Origin: a virus
Virus record (IMG/VR): IMGVR_UViG_3300007345_000027
Coordinates: 1 to 64,000 of that record
DNA: 64,000 nt
Strand: one strand, 5' to 3'
In this document: positions 30,172-38,760 of the stretch, piece after piece
How positions within the stretch are numbered: the stretch's first letter is position 1
Layout of the letters: the number at the start of each line of letters is the position of its first letter
The notes under the pieces: generated by a model
What the model saw: the letters and a program-made list of their open reading frames with translations, nothing else
What the model was told of the DNA's origin: nothing
Databases searched by the model: none
Position numbers and translations under genes: made by a program

Positions 30172-30342
30172 ATGCTAGAATTACTTTTATATTCAAGTAT
30201 AACTTGTACTGATGCTGATGCATTATTGTTCAGGATCACAAAAAATAGATCAGAACTACCTCCACAAGTGGTGGTAGAATTGGTAGAGACCGTAAAGGAA
30301 TCTGTACCTGAATGTGAATTCTACTGGGACGCAAACGACTGA
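30172..30342 (+). CDS. small hypothetical protein MLELLLYSS...FYWDAND inside second riboswitch loop
   Basis: 56-aa ORF read by hand (below track cutoff); GGAG upstream; similar C...C layout to the preceding ORF. Confidence 0.6.
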   Translation: MLELLLYSSITCTDADALLFRITKNRSELPPQVVVELVETVKESVPECEFYWDAND

Positions 30343-30414
30343 AGGAACGGGAAAAAACGGATCCAGCGAAAGCTGAGAAGGTTAATTTTCACCCATTCTT
30401 TTAGGAGACCTACA

Positions 30415-30579
30415 ATGAACACCCTCAATCTCATTAAAAAGCAAATTAAAAAAGCAGCAGCACTGCACGACGCTCAAATCGCAATGACCACTTATCGTGG
30501 TGTCAAGTATGAGTGTAAGCAAGGTGCTGATGAAGTACATGGTACTTTCTGCTATCGCGGTCACACTTATAATAAGTGA
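30415..30579 (+). CDS. DUF4278-like small protein (YRG repeats)
   Basis: 54 aa MNTLNLIKK...TYRGVKY...CYRGHTYNK; AGGAG RBS; YRG peptides are the usual genes downstream of glutamine riboswitches. Confidence 0.7.
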   Translation: MNTLNLIKKQIKKAAALHDAQIAMTTYRGVKYECKQGADEVHGTFCYRGHTYNK

Positions 30580-30673
30580 GGCAATTATGCAAGCATTATA
30601 AGTAGTATCATTAGGTTCTATTTTTAGTATTGCATTTCTTGGTTTAGTTTACGGAAAGTTAACACTTTTACAT

Positions 30674-30702
30674 AAGAGAGGTTAAGAAACCTCTCTTTTT
30701 TT
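30674..30702 (+). terminator. intrinsic terminator
   Basis: aagagaggtt-aaga-aacctctctt followed by a T run. Confidence 0.8.
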
Positions 30703-30727
30703 GTACTTACATTAAAAAGTTACAATA

Positions 30728-30741
30728 GTATATTAAGATAC
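30728..30741. promoter_or_regulatory. second NtcA-like site GTA-N8-TAC
   Basis: GTAtattaagaTAC with TAGAAT 20 nt downstream. Confidence 0.45.
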
Positions 30742-30845
30742 CAAAACATTACTACATAGAATAGAATTAAGGTTCTGCTTATGTTCTGAAATTTTTTCTT
30801 TATTATGATTTTCTAAATTAATGTTAAAATTGCGTTGGAGGTGTG

Positions 30846-31025
30846 ATGCATAATCTCATTTCTCGCAACCAATTAGCAGAATGGAATCATTTTGAGAGTA
30901 CGCTAAACCGATGTAATGAGGAATTAGATCTGGTAAACGATTACTTTGACTGCTTAATTGAATGCGACGAAGACCAAGCTACATGTAAGCGAATCTGCAG
31001 AATTCTATTAGACACTGAGGGTTGA
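30846..31025 (+). CDS. small cysteine-rich protein (twin CxxxC) of cyanophage/cyanobacterial type
   Basis: MHNLISRNQL...DYFDCLIECD....CKRIC; GGAGG RBS. Confidence 0.65.
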   Translation: MHNLISRNQLAEWNHFESTLNRCNEELDLVNDYFDCLIECDEDQATCKRICRILLDTEG

Positions 31026-31040
31026 TCACCCTCTTTTTTT
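31017..31040 (+). terminator. intrinsic terminator
   Basis: gagggt-tgatc-accctc followed by T7. Confidence 0.75.
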
Positions 31041-31071
31041 GTGCTATACTCTATAATAATGAAAATAATTT

Positions 31072-31236
31072 ATGGACAAAGAAAGGTTAAAACTAATAGT
31101 TCGTAATTTGGAATTATTGGTTGATTCTCTAAAAGCTGAAGTTCTATCTGATGTGGAAGCATATAAATATCCAGAATCTACTTCAAAAAGAAAAGAACTA
31201 GATTACGATGAAATCTTTGAGGATGATGATGACTGA
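31072..31236 (+). CDS. conserved cyanophage hypothetical protein
   Basis: 54-aa ORF MDKERLKLIVRNLELLVDSLKAEV...DYDEIFEDDDD, read by hand. Confidence 0.65.
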   Translation: MDKERLKLIVRNLELLVDSLKAEVLSDVEAYKYPESTSKRKELDYDEIFEDDDD

Positions 31237-31399
31237 TACGACAAGAGCTAAACGTCTTGTAAAATTGCTTGAAAGACTTATCAAGCAAGATCATCTTTAT
31301 GATGAAGAAAGGATTGTAGAAATGAAAAAAGAACTTTCCAATCTTAAAGAACAAATTTCCGAAATTGAAAAACAAAATTACAAAGGATTTGGTAAATGA
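31229..31399 (+). CDS. small coiled-coil hypothetical protein
   Basis: ORF ending KGFGK, overlapping the thyX start. Confidence 0.6.
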   Translation: MTDTTRAKRLVKLLERLIKQDHLYDEERIVEMKKELSNLKEQISEIEKQNYKGFGK

Positions 31400-32034
31400 C
31401 CGTAAAACTGATTAGTGTAACTCCAGATGCAGAAGAAACTATGGCATATGTTGCCAGAGTTTCTAATCCTGCAAATCAAGAAAACGAAAAATATGCAGGA
31501 CTTTTGAAATATTGTATTAAACATAATCACTGGAGTGTATTTGAGCAAAGTTTCATGACTCTGGAGATTGAAACTACCAGGGCAATCGCAGCTCAAATTT
31601 TGCGTCACCGTTCGTTCACATATCAAGAGTTTTCCCAGCGGTACGCTGATTCATCTCTGTTAGGTTTTGATAAGATTCCACTACCAGAACTTCGTAGGCA
31701 AGACACGAAGAATCGCCAAAATTCTATTGATGATTTGGATCCTTTTGATGTTCAGACTCTGCAACTTCAGATGCAAACTCTCTTTGATTCTTCCATGGCT
31801 TTGTACAAGCAAATGCTTGGACGTGGTGTCGCAAAGGAATGTGCAAGAAATGTGCTTCCACTCTGCGTACCAACAAAAATCTACATGTCAGGATCATGCA
31901 GGTCATGGATCCATTATATAACTCTGAGGTCTGCAAACGGCACTCAGAAAGAGCACATGGATGTAGCAAATGGATGTAAGAAGATTTTTATTGAACAGTT
32001 TCCAACAGTTGCTGAAGCACTTGAATGGGTATAA
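31396..32034 (+). CDS. thyX: FAD-dependent thymidylate synthase
   Basis: H.S.FE, RHRSFTYQEFSQRY ThyX motif, E.AR.VLP. Confidence 0.95.
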   Translation: MTVKLISVTPDAEETMAYVARVSNPANQENEKYAGLLKYCIKHNHWSVFEQSFMTLEIETTRAIAAQILRHRSFTYQEFSQRYADSSLLGFDKIPLPELRRQDTKNRQNSIDDLDPFDVQTLQLQMQTLFDSSMALYKQMLGRGVAKECARNVLPLCVPTKIYMSGSCRSWIHYITLRSANGTQKEHMDVANGCKKIFIEQFPTVAEALEWV

Positions 32035-32037
32035 ATA
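32030..32037 (+). promoter_or_regulatory. T4-type late promoter TATAAATA
   Basis: Exact consensus upstream of 32061. Confidence 0.6.
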
Positions 32038-32060
32038 TTTTCGTATTGAAATTATAAAGA

Positions 32061-32306
32061 ATGGCAACTTATCCTGTAAAACATAAAGAAACTGGTGAAA
32101 CCAAAGAAGTGAAGATGAGTGTTCACGAATGGGATCAGTGGAGAGAAGACAACCCAGAATGGGAAAGATACTATACTCCATACAACGCACCAGGATTTGG
32201 TGAAGTTGGTGAATGGCAGAGTAAATTAGTTGCTAAAAATCCAGGATGGAATGATGTCCTTGGAAGAGCAGCATCTATGCCTGGCGCAAACGTAAAAAAG
32301 ATTTAG
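32061..32306 (+). CDS. conserved T4-like hypothetical protein upstream of phoH
   Basis: M.TYPV....TGE and GW..VL motifs; typical position. Confidence 0.7.
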   Translation: MATYPVKHKETGETKEVKMSVHEWDQWREDNPEWERYYTPYNAPGFGEVGEWQSKLVAKNPGWNDVLGRAASMPGANVKKI

Positions 32307-32315
32307 TATTCTAGT

Positions 32316-33074
32316 ATGGCAAGAAGAAAAAGAGGATCTGCAGAGCAACCTATTGGGGTTGGACTCACTGTAAAGCAGATGAAGCGTAGAAAACCATTAG
32401 GGTTAGAATATCTTATTGATATTGAACCTATTACTGATAATCAAAAAACTTATTTTGATTCATATAAAGAAGATAAACATCTAGTTGCCTATGGTTGTGC
32501 TGGAACTGGTAAAACGTTTATTACTCTTTATAATGCACTTAAAGATGTATTAGATGAAAATAGTCCTTTTGAAAAAATTTATTTGGTTAGATCGTTAGTT
32601 GCAACCAGGGAAATTGGTTTTTTACCTGGTACTCATGAAGATAAAGCAGACATTTATCAAATTCCATATAAAAATATGGTGAAGTATATGTTTCAAATGC
32701 CCAGTGATGCAGATTTTGAAATGCTTTACGGTAATTTGAAGTCACAAGAAACGATTAAGTTTTGGAGCACTTCTTTTCTTCGTGGAACTACTCTCGATAA
32801 TGCAATTATTATTGTTGATGAATTTCAAAATCTAACTTTCCACGAACTTGATAGTATAATTACACGAATCGGTGAAAACTCTAAAATTATGTTTTGTGGT
32901 GATGCCACTCAGTCTGATTTAACAAAGACTAATGATAAGAATGGTATCTTTGATTTTATAAAAATACTGCAAACTATGCCTTCTGTCGATCTTGTTGAGT
33001 TTGATGTTAATGATATTGTAAGATCTGGTTTGGTTAAAGAATATCTTCTTGCAAAACAAGAAACTAATTTATGA
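32316..33074 (+). CDS. phoH: PhoH-family ATPase
   Basis: G.AGTGKT, RS.V..REIGFLPG, RG.T, DE.QN, GD..Q.D motifs. Confidence 0.95.
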   Translation: MARRKRGSAEQPIGVGLTVKQMKRRKPLGLEYLIDIEPITDNQKTYFDSYKEDKHLVAYGCAGTGKTFITLYNALKDVLDENSPFEKIYLVRSLVATREIGFLPGTHEDKADIYQIPYKNMVKYMFQMPSDADFEMLYGNLKSQETIKFWSTSFLRGTTLDNAIIIVDEFQNLTFHELDSIITRIGENSKIMFCGDATQSDLTKTNDKNGIFDFIKILQTMPSVDLVEFDVNDIVRSGLVKEYLLAKQETNL

Positions 33075-33772
33075 ATGATGTTATTGTTATAGATAATTTT
33101 TATTCAGATCCAGATAGTGTTGTAAATTATGCCTTATCACAAAAATTTTCTTCTGAGGTAGGTTCTAATTGGCCAGGAAAAAGAACTTCAATATTAGATA
33201 ATAACTCTGATATTTTCACATCTTTTTCAGTTTTATTAAAAAATAAAACTAGTGTTGATGTATTCAATTATGATTTGGAAACTTCATTTCATAAAACATA
33301 TATTTTTTCTCCTTTTAAAAATTCATCATTAAATAGTGGATTTGTACATACCGATCTTTATAAAAACTATTTTATAGATGGTAAAAAAACTCTTTCTGGT
33401 GTTGTTTATTTAAATAAAAAATCCATTAAAAGTTCTGGAACTAGTTTTTATAAATTAAAAAATTATACAAATAACATTTCAGATCCATCAACAAATAAAA
33501 AGTTTGCAGATCTTAGAAGAGAATATGACTACTATTTCAATGCATACAAAAATATGCTATACTCTTCTTATATTCCCAAACCAAATCCTGCTATAGACAT
33601 TATTAAAATAAAAGATAAAGTTGATGAATTATTTGAAAAAACACATGAAATTGATAATGTTTATAATAGATTAATCTTATATAATTCAAATTACTTTCAT
33701 AGTGCTAGTAATTTATTCTCTAATAACTTTGATCCAAGATTAACACAAGTATTTTTTATGAGTGAAAAATGA
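33071..33772 (+). CDS. 2OG-Fe(II) oxygenase-like protein (DUF6445-like)
   Basis: IDNFY.DP, WPG.R, HTD, GT.FY, N.YNRL..Y....FH, RLTQVFF motifs. Confidence 0.7.
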   Translation: MNDVIVIDNFYSDPDSVVNYALSQKFSSEVGSNWPGKRTSILDNNSDIFTSFSVLLKNKTSVDVFNYDLETSFHKTYIFSPFKNSSLNSGFVHTDLYKNYFIDGKKTLSGVVYLNKKSIKSSGTSFYKLKNYTNNISDPSTNKKFADLRREYDYYFNAYKNMLYSSYIPKPNPAIDIIKIKDKVDELFEKTHEIDNVYNRLILYNSNYFHSASNLFSNNFDPRLTQVFFMSEK

Positions 33773-34452
33773 TTTTTAACCATGTTGATATTGATCTTCC
33801 ATCTCTTGAAAGAGAAACAATTGATGGAGTAAGATTTTATAAAGTTCCTGATGAAGAAGAACTCCTCCGACTGGTCTCCATTACATCTGTTACCAGTCAC
33901 AGAAATAGAGAATTTTTTGCTAAGTGGAGAAAACGGGTAGGGGAAGAAAAAGCAGAACGCATCACAAAACGTGCCACAAGTCGTGGTACAGATATGCATA
34001 CTCTTGTAGAGTATTTTCTAAAGAATGAAGAATTGCCAGAAGTACAACCTATTTCTGACTTTTTATTTAAAATCTCTAAGCAAACTCTTAAAAATATAAA
34101 TAATATATACACCCTTGAAGGTTCGCTATATAGTAAACAATTAGGGATTGCGGGAACTGTTGATTGTATTGCAGAATACAACGGCGAATTAGCAATAATC
34201 GACTTTAAGACATCTGCTAAACCGAAACCACGGGAGTGGATTGATCACTATTTTGTACAGTGCATGGCATATGGTTGTATGCTGTACGAACTGACTGGTA
34301 TTTCAGTCAAAAAACTTGTAATTATTATGGCTTGCGAAAATGGAGAATGCGTCGTCTATGAAGAACGAGACAAATCAAAGTACATCAAACTTCTCACAGA
34401 ATATATTGGAGAGTTTGTTAGAGATAAATTGGAATTCTATGGAACAAAATAA
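33769..34452 (+). CDS. PD-(D/E)XK exonuclease (Cas4-like / exonuclease A)
   Basis: S.TSV, RGT.MH, AGTVDC, IIDFKTS, Q..AY motifs. Confidence 0.85.
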   Translation: MIFNHVDIDLPSLERETIDGVRFYKVPDEEELLRLVSITSVTSHRNREFFAKWRKRVGEEKAERITKRATSRGTDMHTLVEYFLKNEELPEVQPISDFLFKISKQTLKNINNIYTLEGSLYSKQLGIAGTVDCIAEYNGELAIIDFKTSAKPKPREWIDHYFVQCMAYGCMLYELTGISVKKLVIIMACENGECVVYEERDKSKYIKLLTEYIGEFVRDKLEFYGTK

Positions 34453-34699
34453 AGATCTAAAAAACGTGTTAGAAAACAAGTTTTTAACACCATCAAAATT
34501 TGCAATAGAAATTGAAAAAATTGTTGCAAAAGAAAAGATGAATTATATTGATGCAATATGTTTCTATTGTGAGACTAACAATATTGAAGTTGATTCAATT
34601 ACAAAACTTGTATCAAAACCTCTAAAAGAAAAGTTAAAGTGGGATGCTATTCGTCTCAACTTTATGAAAAAAACATCGAGAGCTAAACTGCCACTATGA
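34439..34699 (+). CDS. gp33: late-promoter transcription co-activator gp33
   Basis: F...IE.....YIDAI..C...IE......LKEKL..A..LN; lies before gp59. Confidence 0.85.
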   Translation: MEQNKDLKNVLENKFLTPSKFAIEIEKIVAKEKMNYIDAICFYCETNNIEVDSITKLVSKPLKEKLKWDAIRLNFMKKTSRAKLPL

Positions 34700-35292
34700 T
34701 CGTGACTCCCTTTGAAACTTACCAACATTATTTGTCACTAAAAAATCACTTCACAAATCCAAAATACGACTTTTTCAAATACGGGGCAAAAACCCGTGCG
34801 AGTATTACTTCTTTCAATAAAAGAAAAGACAAGTATTGGTTTGAAAAAACCTCTCGTAAGTATTCTGATCAAGAAATTTTGGATTTTTTAGTATCTAATT
34901 TTGCTGCTGCCGATAACCCACAAAACCTATGGATTGGAGAAATTATCAATTCTGGCGAAAGAGTGTACGCCGATTGGATGAAACGTCGTCAGAGTTCAAC
35001 TTACTTGTTCAAAGAACAAAGCAACGAATTACTATCGAACAACGAATTAGAGAATCTCTTCAATTGTTCCAAGGGTCACCCAATTTTACTAAAAAAATTT
35101 CTTGGTGGAGAAATAAGTCTTGAAACATTCGTTATTTTTGAAAAAATTTTTGGTTTTTCAAAAAACTTTGATAAAAAATTAAAAGATCCTGTATGGGAAA
35201 CCGTAAGTTTAAAATTAAAAAAATATAATCCCTTCATAAATATTGATGTATTCAAATACAAGAAAATTTTGAGAGACCTGGTAGATGAGTGA
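34696..35292 (+). CDS. gp59: helicase loader gp59
   Basis: YLSLKNHF...YDFFKY, F.KRKD.Y.F, I.LET motifs. Confidence 0.9.
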   Translation: MIVTPFETYQHYLSLKNHFTNPKYDFFKYGAKTRASITSFNKRKDKYWFEKTSRKYSDQEILDFLVSNFAAADNPQNLWIGEIINSGERVYADWMKRRQSSTYLFKEQSNELLSNNELENLFNCSKGHPILLKKFLGGEISLETFVIFEKIFGFSKNFDKKLKDPVWETVSLKLKKYNPFINIDVFKYKKILRDLVDE

Positions 35293-35617
35293 CTTTTTTG
35301 AATCTGAAATTATTCAAAAAGAACTTGAAGAGATAAATTATCTTCAAGAAAAAATTTATGGAAGTTTATTGTCTTTTAGTGCAATGTCCCGTGAAGAAAA
35401 GTTGGAACATGTCCAAATTCTCACAGACTTGCTAGAAAAGCAGCAAGTGATGTATACTAGGTTATCTCTTTCAGACGACCCTAAAGCGGTAGAAATGAAA
35501 GAGAATCTTCGTAAATCAGTTGCTCTGATGGGTTTTCCACCAGAAACTGATATGATTATGCTTTTTGATAGTATGAATGCAACCATCGAGGCACTTAAAA
35601 AATACATTGACGCCTAA
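35285..35617 (+). CDS. conserved cyanophage/cyanobacterial protein (DUF1825-like)
   Basis: FF.SEI.Q.E and R..LSDDP.A motifs. Confidence 0.7.
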   Translation: MSDFFESEIIQKELEEINYLQEKIYGSLLSFSAMSREEKLEHVQILTDLLEKQQVMYTRLSLSDDPKAVEMKENLRKSVALMGFPPETDMIMLFDSMNATIEALKKYIDA

Positions 35618-35635
35618 CCGATTTTTTGTTATACT
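35607..35635 (+). promoter_or_regulatory. sigma70-type promoter for gp32
   Basis: TTGACG-N17-TATACT with extended TG. Confidence 0.75.
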
Positions 35636-35680
35636 ATCCAAGTAAATCCCCCCGAATCCAATTAATCCGAGGTAATCCAA

Positions 35681-36631
35681 ATGTCTTTCGCAGACCTTAA
35701 AAAGCAATCCAAACTGGGCTCTTTGACCGCTAAACTGGTTAAAGAAGTCGAAAAAATGAATAATTCCGCTAACCCAGGAGATGAGCGTCTCTGGAAACTG
35801 GAATGTGATAAGAGCGGCAACGGTTATGCCGTTATTCGTTTCCTGCCTGCTCCTAACGGCGAAGATCTGCCGTTTGTTAAACTGTACTCCCATGCCTTCC
35901 AAGGTCCTGGTGGTTGGTACATTGAGAACTCTCTGACTACGATGGGACAGAAAGATCCTGTGTCTGAGTATAATTCCATGCTTTGGAACAATGGCACTGA
36001 TGCTGGAAAAGAACTTGCACGTAAGCAGAAGCGTAAACTGACTTACATCGCCAACATTTATGTTGTAAAAGATCCTGCTAATCCTGAAAACGAGGGAAAA
36101 GTTTTCTTGTATAAGTTTGGTAAGAAGATCTTTGATAAACTCACTACTGCAATGCAACCTGAGTTTGAAGATGAGGAAGCAATCGATCCGTTCGACTTCT
36201 GGCAAGGTGCTAACTTCAAGCTGAAGGCGAAGAACGTTGCTGGTTATCGTAACTATGACTCTTCGGAGTTTGCCCGCTCCAGCGCCCTCCTAGATGATGA
36301 TGACGCTATGGAAGCAATCTGGAAGAAGCAGTATTCTCTTTCTGAACTTGTTGCTCCCGATCAGTTCAAAACCTATGATGAACTGAAAAAGCGTATGGAT
36401 TATGTTCTTGGAAATAAGGGAACTCCTAAATTCCAAGATCAGGAGACCCTTGAGGAAGAGGAAGAGTTCCGCCGCCAAAATCGTGGTGAGAGCAATCCTA
36501 TGCCACAATCAATGAAAGAAGAATTGAATTCATTGAGTGATGGGCGAGACTTTAACAGCTCCGATATCACCAGTTCTTCTACCGAAGATGATGATACACT
36601 GAGTTACTTTGCTAAACTGGCAGAGGACTGA
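35681..36631 (+). CDS. gp32: single-stranded DNA-binding protein gp32
   Basis: D.R.WK...DK.GNG.AVIRFLP, WYIEN, FGKKIFDK, NYD.S.F, acidic tail. Confidence 0.95.
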   Translation: MSFADLKKQSKLGSLTAKLVKEVEKMNNSANPGDERLWKLECDKSGNGYAVIRFLPAPNGEDLPFVKLYSHAFQGPGGWYIENSLTTMGQKDPVSEYNSMLWNNGTDAGKELARKQKRKLTYIANIYVVKDPANPENEGKVFLYKFGKKIFDKLTTAMQPEFEDEEAIDPFDFWQGANFKLKAKNVAGYRNYDSSEFARSSALLDDDDAMEAIWKKQYSLSELVAPDQFKTYDELKKRMDYVLGNKGTPKFQDQETLEEEEEFRRQNRGESNPMPQSMKEELNSLSDGRDFNSSDITSSSTEDDDTLSYFAKLAED

Positions 36632-36720
36632 TGAAAAAAAGTTCAAGTGGTCATATGAGAGGGTCTGCCTGACCCTCCTGGTTGTGGCAACTTATTATAT
36701 GCTTATCTTTAAGTAACAGC

Positions 36721-36747
36721 GGGGGGATTTAAATCCCCCCCTTTTTT
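36721..36747 (+). terminator. intrinsic terminator between convergent gp32 and gp53
   Basis: Palindrome ggggggatttaaatcccccc followed by a T run. Confidence 0.8.
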
Positions 36748-37447
36748 ATGGAGAGGTAATTCTAATATTTTCTGCTTTAATCAAAGTATCATTCACATAT
36801 TGTGATGAGTCTTTGTATTTCATCAACTGTCTCAATTCATCTAAAAATTGCTCTAAATATCGAGATCTTAATACTGTAATTTCTCTTTTTTTATCATTTT
36901 TCATTACCTCATATTCAAAATTAGTTACAGGTATTGTGATATTTTCAACTCTCTTATATGAGTTGGTATCTGCATCATAATATTGAACATATGATTGTGT
37001 TGGTAATGTATCTGTTACTGGTTTTGGTACTTTGTGATTTTGATCTACAATTTCACCAGCAGGGAGAATAATTCTACCTTTCGCATCTTTTACTTCAATA
37101 GTTTCATAATATTTGACATCATTTAAAGTGTCACCATATAAATCATATGCATATGCTTCAAGATTACTATTTGATAAAGGCCATTCATTCCTAACATTTA
37201 GTATATTGGCAGATATTAAAACAACCCAATCTAAAGTGGAATCTTTATACAATTCGTTTGCAACTTGATCGGGGCGTGTATCTTCTACTATTGTATATTT
37301 TTCAAAAGCATTATAAATTTTTTCAAAATCACTACGAATTTTTACTCTTCTAAAGAGATTTTTAGCTCTAACAAACTCTAGTGTTGATGTTCTATCAACT
37401 AATGGTGATTGGTAATCTAGTTCTGGAAGTTCTCTGAAATAACCCAT
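36746..37447 (-). CDS. gp53: baseplate wedge subunit gp53
   Basis: YF..LP, RPD.VA..LY....DWV.L..N, WP motifs. Confidence 0.85.
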   Translation of the reverse strand: MGYFRELPELDYQSPLVDRTSTLEFVRAKNLFRRVKIRSDFEKIYNAFEKYTIVEDTRPDQVANELYKDSTLDWVVLISANILNVRNEWPLSNSNLEAYAYDLYGDTLNDVKYYETIEVKDAKGRIILPAGEIVDQNHKVPKPVTDTLPTQSYVQYYDADTNSYKRVENITIPVTNFEYEVMKNDKKREITVLRSRYLEQFLDELRQLMKYKDSSQYVNDTLIKAENIRITSP

Positions 37448-37448
37448 A

Positions 37449-38345
37449 TCAGTATCCTACTCCTAAAAGACTATCAGTATAATCTTCTGCATAAACTGGT
37501 ACAACTTCTTGAAAACTTAAATCAAGTTGCATAGAAACAGGAGTTCCGTCATGATATGTTGCATAAACATTTTCACCAGTATAATTAACTGCCATATTTT
37601 TTAGAGCACATTCTTTGAATGATGGTAGAAATGGGTGTTTAGTATTCCCCTTTCTATATTGCAGATCAAAGTAACCAGGAGTCTTAATAAATGTACCAGG
37701 GTCCTTTTCTTTACTATTATTCTTAGCACTCATATGCACTTTAAGTGTTCTAATTATTTTTTTAATATTATCTCTGTCCTCTTCATTTCTCGGTGTTAAC
37801 TTGAATGAAAAGTTAAACTCTCTTAAAGTAACACCGTTGAACAATAATCTATTATTTTGATTTACGATTTGACCATAACTACGTGCCAGAATTTGATCTA
37901 GGGTAACATTACCACCAAGAACATTTACTGCTTCTGCAGATAATTGAGTTTTTCCTAATGTTATTATCTTATCCAAATCCAAAGAACCACGAATCGTTCC
38001 CAATTTCCCTTTAACTTCTTCTAATGATCCTTCGAGATTAAATAGGTCAATATCCATTAGTGCCCCTCCTGCAGCGACTCCTGCAGCAGTAAGATTATTC
38101 ATCTTACTTTCACCCCAAGATACCGCATTGGAATCTTGCAAATTTGATGGCATTGGTAAGTATATGACTGAACCAATCTGTATGGATTCTTTTTTAGAAT
38201 AATCAAGCAATCCAGTAACGGTAAAATTTGTGTTACCAATTCCAGATGCATCTGGATTTACATATTCCTTAAGTGTAATACTAAAATAATCAGTTTCCTT
38301 CTCAATTGCCATATCAGAAGGATACCTTATTGATTGTTCTGCCAT
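37449..38345 (-). CDS. gp48: baseplate tail-tube cap gp48
   Basis: RYP, LPMP, LF.G...R.F.F.F...PR, C.L....VNY, L.FQE motifs. Confidence 0.8.
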   Translation of the reverse strand: MAEQSIRYPSDMAIEKETDYFSITLKEYVNPDASGIGNTNFTVTGLLDYSKKESIQIGSVIYLPMPSNLQDSNAVSWGESKMNNLTAAGVAAGGALMDIDLFNLEGSLEEVKGKLGTIRGSLDLDKIITLGKTQLSAEAVNVLGGNVTLDQILARSYGQIVNQNNRLLFNGVTLREFNFSFKLTPRNEEDRDNIKKIIRTLKVHMSAKNNSKEKDPGTFIKTPGYFDLQYRKGNTKHPFLPSFKECALKNMAVNYTGENVYATYHDGTPVSMQLDLSFQEVVPVYAEDYTDSLLGVGY

Positions 38346-38354
38346 TATCCTTTT

Positions 38355-38759
38355 TTAACTATTTAGACGAAAGTTTCCAAAAGGTATGGTTTGTAAATCT
38401 TTTATCTCAGATTGATAGACTTCATATATTTCCCCTACTATCTCATCCCAAGTATATTGTCTAACTTTTCCCCAATGAAAGTTTATACCTCTGAACCCCC
38501 ATGAAAAAACATCTGAAACGGCAACAAATGGATTTTGATCATATTTTATGTTTGGTGTTTTAGGATTGTAAACAAAAATGTAGTATTTTCCAGAATCAGG
38601 AACTTTTCCACTTTCATTTAAAACATTCATTAATTCAATCATTAAATCATCTGGATGTTCAGTACCGACGATACTATCAGTTACTGATCTAAGACGATTT
38701 ACATTAAAATCAGTATCAGTATTTTCTGCTGCTCTTTGCCTTAGTGTTTTTCTTGGCAT
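38355..38759 (-). CDS. gp2-like DNA end protector (short form)
   Basis: Y.FVY.PKT...YD..P and GF.G.N.HW motifs; between gp4 and gp48. Confidence 0.55.
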   Translation of the reverse strand: MPRKTLRQRAAENTDTDFNVNRLRSVTDSIVGTEHPDDLMIELMNVLNESGKVPDSGKYYIFVYNPKTPNIKYDQNPFVAVSDVFSWGFRGINFHWGKVRQYTWDEIVGEIYEVYQSEIKDLQTIPFGNFRLNS

Positions 38760-38760
38760 T

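Larger units (their letters stand above)
29926..30351 (+). ncRNA. glutamine riboswitch (glnA / Downstream-peptide type), doubled core with ORFs in the P2 loops
   Basis: P1 CGTTC(29926)/GAACG(30345), CGCA junction, E-loop AGTA/GAA, P3 AGTCG/CGACT, second CGTTC-ATCCC..GGGACGCA core; DUF4278-like gene downstream. Confidence 0.7.

Noticed and set aside
30382-30564. Minus-strand 60-aa ORF
   Set aside because: Antisense to the + strand DUF4278-like gene, which has an RBS and recognisable motifs
30846-31025. CP12 auxiliary gene
   Set aside because: Lacks the CP12 C-terminal C...P...EC..Y(D/E)D pattern; Cys spacing is CxxxC twice
35516-36205. 229-aa minus-strand ORF
   Set aside because: Antisense shadow of gp32 with its biased codon usage
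36631-36716. Possible small hydrophobic ORF (..KFKWSYERVCLTLLVVATYYMLIFK) after gp32
   Set aside because: The ATG is out of frame across an A7 run; pseudogene, sequencing error and chance cannot be told apart
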